Origin: an uncultured Alphaproteobacteria bacterium
GTDB taxonomy: Bacteria; Pseudomonadota; Alphaproteobacteria; Sphingomonadales; Sphingomonadaceae
Length of the DNA: 64,000 nucleotides
Assembly: GCA_963811255.1 (NCBI GenBank)
Contig: CAWEQI010000005.1
Coordinates: 8,893 to 72,892, forward strand
Direction of reading: 5' to 3'
Shown in pieces: positions 58,333-64,000 of the stretch. How positions within the stretch are numbered: position 1 is the stretch's first letter; the number at the start of each line of letters is the position of its first letter. Under the pieces are notes generated by a model. The model was not told the origin of the DNA and did no database searches. It saw only the letters and a program-made list of their open reading frames with translations. A program made the position numbers and the translations under genes.

Positions 58333-59236
58333 CGGGAACTCCTTTGAGCTCGCTCTGCCCACGCTCCTCGGCCTTTTCGCTGCCGAGTTCGGTGCCGGGC
58401 AAGTGCTCGTTGTATTGCAGGATGCACTCGGCCTCATTGATGTCGGTGTAATCTTCCCTGAGGAAGTCCTTGGTGGACGTCCATTCGCCGTCCCACATCG
58501 GGGGATCGGTCATTATGTACTTGATGCGCATCGTCTTCCCGCCGTTGATGAGGTTGATGCGCTCGATCATGTGGAACTGGTCGTCGATTGGGATGCCCAT
58601 GTCGATGTAATGGTTGTCAGGCTCGAAATAGCGGGTGTCGACCACCAGCGTGTTGCCTTCCCAGTGGCCGATCGATTCGCCATTGTAGCTCGGCACGACA
58701 ATGTCGGGGTCGGTGTGCTTGCGCCCGTCCATGAAGATCTGGCGCACCGAATTGTTGAACCCGCTGATCATGAAGATCGCGTCCGGAAGCTGGATGAAGT
58801 CCTGCGGCCACACGCGGGTCATGATCATCGGCATGCCCGGCGGGTAGCACTGGCCGATCGCGTCCCGGTACGTCTTGCCCGCGGCCGCCGCCTTGGCGCC
58901 TTCGATCAGCGCCTCGCGCCCGGCCTTGGAGAATTTCGGGTACGGCGGCCCGAACATAAATTTGGTGAAACCCTGGCGCAGGTCGACGAACCAGGTGCCG
59001 GTGAGGTTGAACGGCGGTTTGGGGCGCGGCTTGTTGACGTTGGCCGGGGCGAGTACGCCGAGCTGCCCGGGATGCTTGGGCACCATCTTGTCGAACTGCG
59101 CGGGCGGGATCGGCTTGGCCGGGCGATCGACCTTCGGCTGCGCCGGCAAGTCGCCTTCCGCCGGATAGGCGTCTTGCGCCAGCACCGGAGCTGCGGCCAA
59201 CGCCGCGAGAACAAATCCTGCAATGGCCTTACGCAC
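58322..59236 (-). CDS. exported hypothetical protein, type A (A1)
   Basis: GTG start 4 nt after GGAGAGG. Signal peptide ...AAAPVLAQ. Blocks CYPPGMPMIM and GHWEGNTLVVDT are shared with 56708-57505. Confidence 0.75.
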   Translation of the reverse strand: MRKAIAGFVLAALAAAPVLAQDAYPAEGDLPAQPKVDRPAKPIPPAQFDKMVPKHPGQLGVLAPANVNKPRPKPPFNLTGTWFVDLRQGFTKFMFGPPYPKFSKAGREALIEGAKAAAAGKTYRDAIGQCYPPGMPMIMTRVWPQDFIQLPDAIFMISGFNNSVRQIFMDGRKHTDPDIVVPSYNGESIGHWEGNTLVVDTRYFEPDNHYIDMGIPIDDQFHMIERINLINGGKTMRIKYIMTDPPMWDGEWTSTKDFLREDYTDINEAECILQYNEHLPGTELGSEKAEERGQSELKGVPDDK

Positions 59237-59255
59237 TTACCTCTCCTCGGACCTA

Positions 59256-59270
59256 TTTGATACTGTCAAT
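59256..59270. promoter_or_regulatory. AT-rich 15-mer TTTGATACTGTCAAT upstream of the A-B-B-A operon
   Basis: 20 nt upstream of the A1 GTG. 13 of 15 identical to 56586-56600. The minus strand reads ATTGACAGTATCAAA. Confidence 0.35.
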
Positions 59271-59301
59271 CTGCTTCTTTGGCGAGACTTTTTTGCACCA
59301 G

Positions 59302-59322
59302 CCCCCTCCCGCAAGCGGGGGG
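59302..59322. repeat. GC-rich hairpin CCCCCTCCCGCAAGCGGGGGG
   Basis: Same CTCCCGCAAGCGGG core as 56677-56698. Lies 12 nt downstream of the hydrolase stop. Confidence 0.55.
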
Positions 59323-59333
59323 ATTGCTTGCCT

Positions 59334-60418
59334 TTACCCGAACCCCTTCTGAACGAGCCATTCCTCGATCACCCCAGCCACCTCGTCGCTGTTGGATTCG
59401 AGCTGCATCGCATGGCCGTTCCCGTGAATCCCCTTTTGCTCCAGCCGCAAGTGTTCGACCGCGCAGCCCGCCTGGTCAAGAAAATCGACCATTGCGTGAT
59501 TGTCCGCGGCCATCCACGAAGCTTCGGCGGTGACGACGACGATCGGCACCTTGGCGAGATTGGGTAGACGGCGCGCCGGTTCCTTCTGCACCTTGCCGGC
59601 AATCAGCCCCTCCCCCGGTGAGGGGCGTTCCTCCCATTCGAGCGTCTCACCTTCGGCGAGCGGCGGATCGTAGGTGAGGGGCGCGTTCGTGACACCGTAT
59701 CCCAAAGGGCCGCTGAGCGCGGTGAACGGCGGACCGAGCGGCTCGGCGGCGACCAGCGCCTTGACCAGGTCAGGCCGGGCGTCGGCGATCAGCCAGCCGG
59801 GCGGACCGCCGGCGGAATGGGTCAGCAGGATCGCCGGGCCGATCAGGTCGAGCAGTTCGGCCCCGGCGCCCTGGGCGTCCTTCTGGCTCTGGACCGGGTC
59901 GGCGAGCGTCGGCCCGGTGCCGGCGAGGAAATGCCGGAACGCGGGATCGTCGAGCGTTCCGTCGCCCGGCCATTTGTCGTGCAGCTTCGCCTGCGGATAA
60001 TTGTCGGCGAACGCCTCGGGCCGAGTGAACATCCGTTCGAGGAAGATCGTCGGCGGCACCCCGCTCATCTCGCCCTGCACCACCGGGTTGAACGGGCTGC
60101 GGCCGTGCTGCGGTCGATCAACCACATAGACTGCCCAGCCGCGGCGGACGAACCAGTGGACCCAGCCCTCGCGGCCATCTGCCGTGCCGAGGAAATCGGT
60201 CCCTTGTCCGCCGCCGCCGTGGATCATTACGATCGGGAGTTCGTGCGTCAGCTCGCGCGGAATCCAGTATTCGACATACTGCTGTCCGCGCATCACCGGC
60301 CCGGCGGTTTCGTGCTGGACGATTTCGCCGCCGGTCCAGACAAACCCCTGCGCTGCCAGTTCGAGCGGCTTCGCCGCCCCGGCGGCGTGGAGGTCGGCGG
60401 GATGGTAACTCTTCGCCA

Positions 60419-60419
<1 letters not shown>
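59334..60419 (-). CDS. alpha/beta hydrolase
   Basis: HGGGGQG oxyanion-type block and nucleophile elbow THSAGG. The ATG at 60419 overlaps the stop of the last monooxygenase fragment. Confidence 0.85.
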
Positions 60420-61675
<1,256 letters not shown>

Positions 61676-61733
61676 TCTGATCCTCTCTCGGGAGCGAGAC
61701 CTATCCGAGCAATTTGATTCGCGCAAAGTCCCC

Positions 61734-61749
61734 CTCCCGCTTCCGGGAG
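61734..61749. repeat. hairpin CTCCCG-CTTC-CGGGAG
   Basis: 6-bp stem 8 nt downstream of the TPP enzyme stop. Same family as the other CTCCCGC hairpins. Confidence 0.5.
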
Positions 61750-61756
61750 AGGAGAG

Positions 61757-63430
61757 TCATCCGCGCGAGATTTCGGTTTCCTGTTCGGTGATGAATTCGA
61801 CCAGCGCCGGCAGGCCCCCGTCAATTGCCGCGAGCGCTCGCTTCAGGGCCGGCACGATCTCGCTCGCCTCGGTTACCCGCTCGCCGTGGCAGCCGAGCGA
61901 ACGGGCAAACGCGGCGTAGTCTCCGGTGATGTCGGTCGCGCGATATTTCTCGGTGGCGACCGGCATGATCGGCAGCTCGATTGCCATCGCCTGGTTGTTG
62001 AGCAGGATCGATAAAATCGGAATTCGGTCGCGCGCGGCCGTTTCGAGGTCGGTGCCGGTGAATCCGATCGCCGCATCGCCCCAGACGTTGATGCACAGCT
62101 TGTCGGGGCAGGCGAGCTTTGCCCCCATGGCGAGACCGAGTCCGTAGCCGAGCTGAGTGCTCTTGCCCCAGCCGATGTAGCTGTGTGGCGTGACGCACTT
62201 CCAGAACGGCACCAACTGGTCGCGTGGAGAGCCGGCGTCGTGAGTGACGATGGTGCTCGCCACGTCGACCGTGTCGTACAAATCACGCAGCACGCGGTAG
62301 GGCGACAGCGGCGCGGCGTCGGAGGAACGCTTGGGCTCCCACTTCGACAGCCAATCGCGCTCGGTTTCGGCGATGCGGTCCGCGACGGGGCGCATGTCGC
62401 GCGGCTCGGGCAGGCGGCGCTTCACCACTTGGAGCAGCGGCGCCAGTGTCAGTTTCGCGTCGCCGACCAGCGCCAGCTCGCTCGGCACCGACTTGTCGAT
62501 GTCGAGCGGGTCGAGCGTGGCGTGGATCACTCGCTTGCCGGGCGGGATGGCGAGGCCAAACGGGGTTGCCGTGAAGCTGCAGCCGATGCCGAACAGGAGA
62601 TCGCACTCGGCGAGCCATCTGGCGACGCAGCCGTTGATCCCGTTGCCGCCCGAGCCGAGCGCCAGCGGGTGGGTTTCATCGAACGCGCTCTTGCCGGGGA
62701 GGCTGGTCATCACCGGGATGGCGAGGTGCTCGGCCAGCGCTTTCAGCTCGGCGTAGGCCTCGGACCAGTGCACGCCCTGCCCGGCATAGATCGCCGGGTT
62801 CTTCGCCGCGATCAGCGCCTCGGCCGCCGCCTCAACGTCCTTCGGATCCGGCGCGCTCGCCACCACCTTGCCCGGCGCATAGGCGAGCGTGCCTTCAAAG
62901 GGCTTGTCGAGCACGTCATACGGCAGCTCTATCACCACCGGCTGCGGGCGACCGTTGCGCAACATCGAAAAGGCGCGGCGCAGCACCGGGACTACGTCGC
63001 CGCCGTTCGTCAGCGGCTCGGTGTGCTTGGCGAAGCTGGCCATCGAGCGGGTCGAATTGAAGTTGTACGGCACGTACATCTGGCTGAGGGCATAGCCTTG
63101 CGGCATCACCAGCACCGGCACGCTCTCGGCGAACGCCTGCGCCACGCCGCCCATCGCGTTTTCGGCGCCGGGGCCCTGCTGCATCACGAATACGCCCATC
63201 TCGCCGCCCTTGCTCATGCGGCTCATCGCGTCGGCCATGTGCAGCCCGGTGCGCTCCTGGCGGACGATCACGGTGCGGATGTCGATGCGCGCCGCGGCTT
63301 CGAGGATCTGATTGCGCGGATAGCCGAAGACGATCGTCACGCCCTCGCGCTTCAGGACCGCGGCGATCGCGTCGGCCACCGTGCCGTGAGCGTGGACCGG
63401 CTGGTCCGTCTTGCCGCTGCCTGCCCTCAT
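61757..63430 (-). CDS. thiamine pyrophosphate-dependent enzyme (acetolactate synthase large subunit-like)
   Basis: N-terminal PYR domain (GYPRNQILEA...RQERTGLHMADA...QGPGAENA) and C-terminal TPP motif GDAAIGFTGTDLETA...NN. 557 aa. Confidence 0.85.
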   Translation of the reverse strand: MRAGSGKTDQPVHAHGTVADAIAAVLKREGVTIVFGYPRNQILEAAARIDIRTVIVRQERTGLHMADAMSRMSKGGEMGVFVMQQGPGAENAMGGVAQAFAESVPVLVMPQGYALSQMYVPYNFNSTRSMASFAKHTEPLTNGGDVVPVLRRAFSMLRNGRPQPVVIELPYDVLDKPFEGTLAYAPGKVVASAPDPKDVEAAAEALIAAKNPAIYAGQGVHWSEAYAELKALAEHLAIPVMTSLPGKSAFDETHPLALGSGGNGINGCVARWLAECDLLFGIGCSFTATPFGLAIPPGKRVIHATLDPLDIDKSVPSELALVGDAKLTLAPLLQVVKRRLPEPRDMRPVADRIAETERDWLSKWEPKRSSDAAPLSPYRVLRDLYDTVDVASTIVTHDAGSPRDQLVPFWKCVTPHSYIGWGKSTQLGYGLGLAMGAKLACPDKLCINVWGDAAIGFTGTDLETAARDRIPILSILLNNQAMAIELPIMPVATEKYRATDITGDYAAFARSLGCHGERVTEASEIVPALKRALAAIDGGLPALVEFITEQETEISRG

Positions 63431-63495
63431 CCGAATCTCCTCTCGCCGGCGCCCCTATCAGGCTAGCGGGGATGAGTTCCAGTGGCTGACGCGGA

Positions 63496-64000
63496 TCAGG
63501 CGAACACAGGCATCATTCGCTGGACGAACCAGAAGGCGGCGGGAATGCCCAGCACGTAACCTGCATAGAGCCGCGGGCGACCGACGAGCACGAAGTTCAA
63601 CCGCCGGCTCTCGTGACGCACGCGGTGCACCACCCAGAGCAGCGCCAGCACCGCGAATATGAAGCTGAGCTGCCCGATCTCGACCCCGACGTTGAACGAC
63701 AACAGCGCCGTCGCCAGCTCGCCGCGCGGCAGACCGACTGCTCGCAATGCTGAAGCGAAACCGAAACCGTGCAGCAACCCGAAAGAGCTGGACACGAGGA
63801 TCGGATGGCGCGCGGCCAATCCCTCGGGATGAGGCCAGGCGACCTCCCGCGCCACGAACAGGATCGACAGCGCGATCGCTGCTTCGACCGGCGCCTCGGG
63901 CAGCCGCACCACGTCGAGCGCGGACAGCGCCAACGTGACCGAATGGGCCAGCGTGAACCCGGTTACCGCCAGCAGCACCCGGTGCACGCTGCCGGCGAGC
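63496..64000 (-). CDS. HupE/UreJ-family membrane protein, 5' end beyond window
   Basis: FTLAHSVTLAL, FGLLHGFGFA and FNVGVEIGQL blocks of the HupE_UreJ_2 type. The frame stays open to the window edge. Confidence 0.75.
   Translation of the reverse strand, partial: LAGSVHRVLLAVTGFTLAHSVTLALSALDVVRLPEAPVEAAIALSILFVAREVAWPHPEGLAARHPILVSSSFGLLHGFGFASALRAVGLPRGELATALLSFNVGVEIGQLSFIFAVLALLWVVHRVRHESRRLNFVLVGRPRLYAGYVLGIPAAFWFVQRMMPVFA

Overview
High-GC (about 65%) chromosomal segment. Gene content and repeat types look alphaproteobacterial, probably a sphingomonad; that assignment is inference only. Positions 1-34.8 kb are ordinary housekeeping DNA: methionine salvage mtnD/C/A, galE, dnaB, infA, rpoZ, rpe, purH, msrA, dxs, ihfB, plus lipid, SDR and transporter genes. 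Every gene there is intact. From about 34.9 kb to the window end lies an accessory uptake/catabolic region. It holds two TonB-dependent receptors, two MFS transporters, serine hydrolases, SnoaL/NTF2-like proteins, SDRs, FAD enzymes, two LigF-like GSTs, a TPP enzyme and several exported proteins of unknown function. Fourteen consecutive genes (64000 down to 48840) sit on the minus strand. I saw no regulator, transposase, integrase, tRNA, rRNA or CRISPR array. The best candidate for something undescribed is a mirror-duplicated A-B-B-A operon of four exported proteins (56708-59236). Its small B members mature to an N-terminal His-His, and an AT-rich 15-mer upstream of the operon recurs upstream of the neighbouring GST pair. 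Also unusual: both TonB receptors and both FAD monooxygenase paralogs carry 1 to about 11 frameshifts each but no in-frame stops, while all other genes are intact. All family assignments come from motif recognition by eye; no searches were run.
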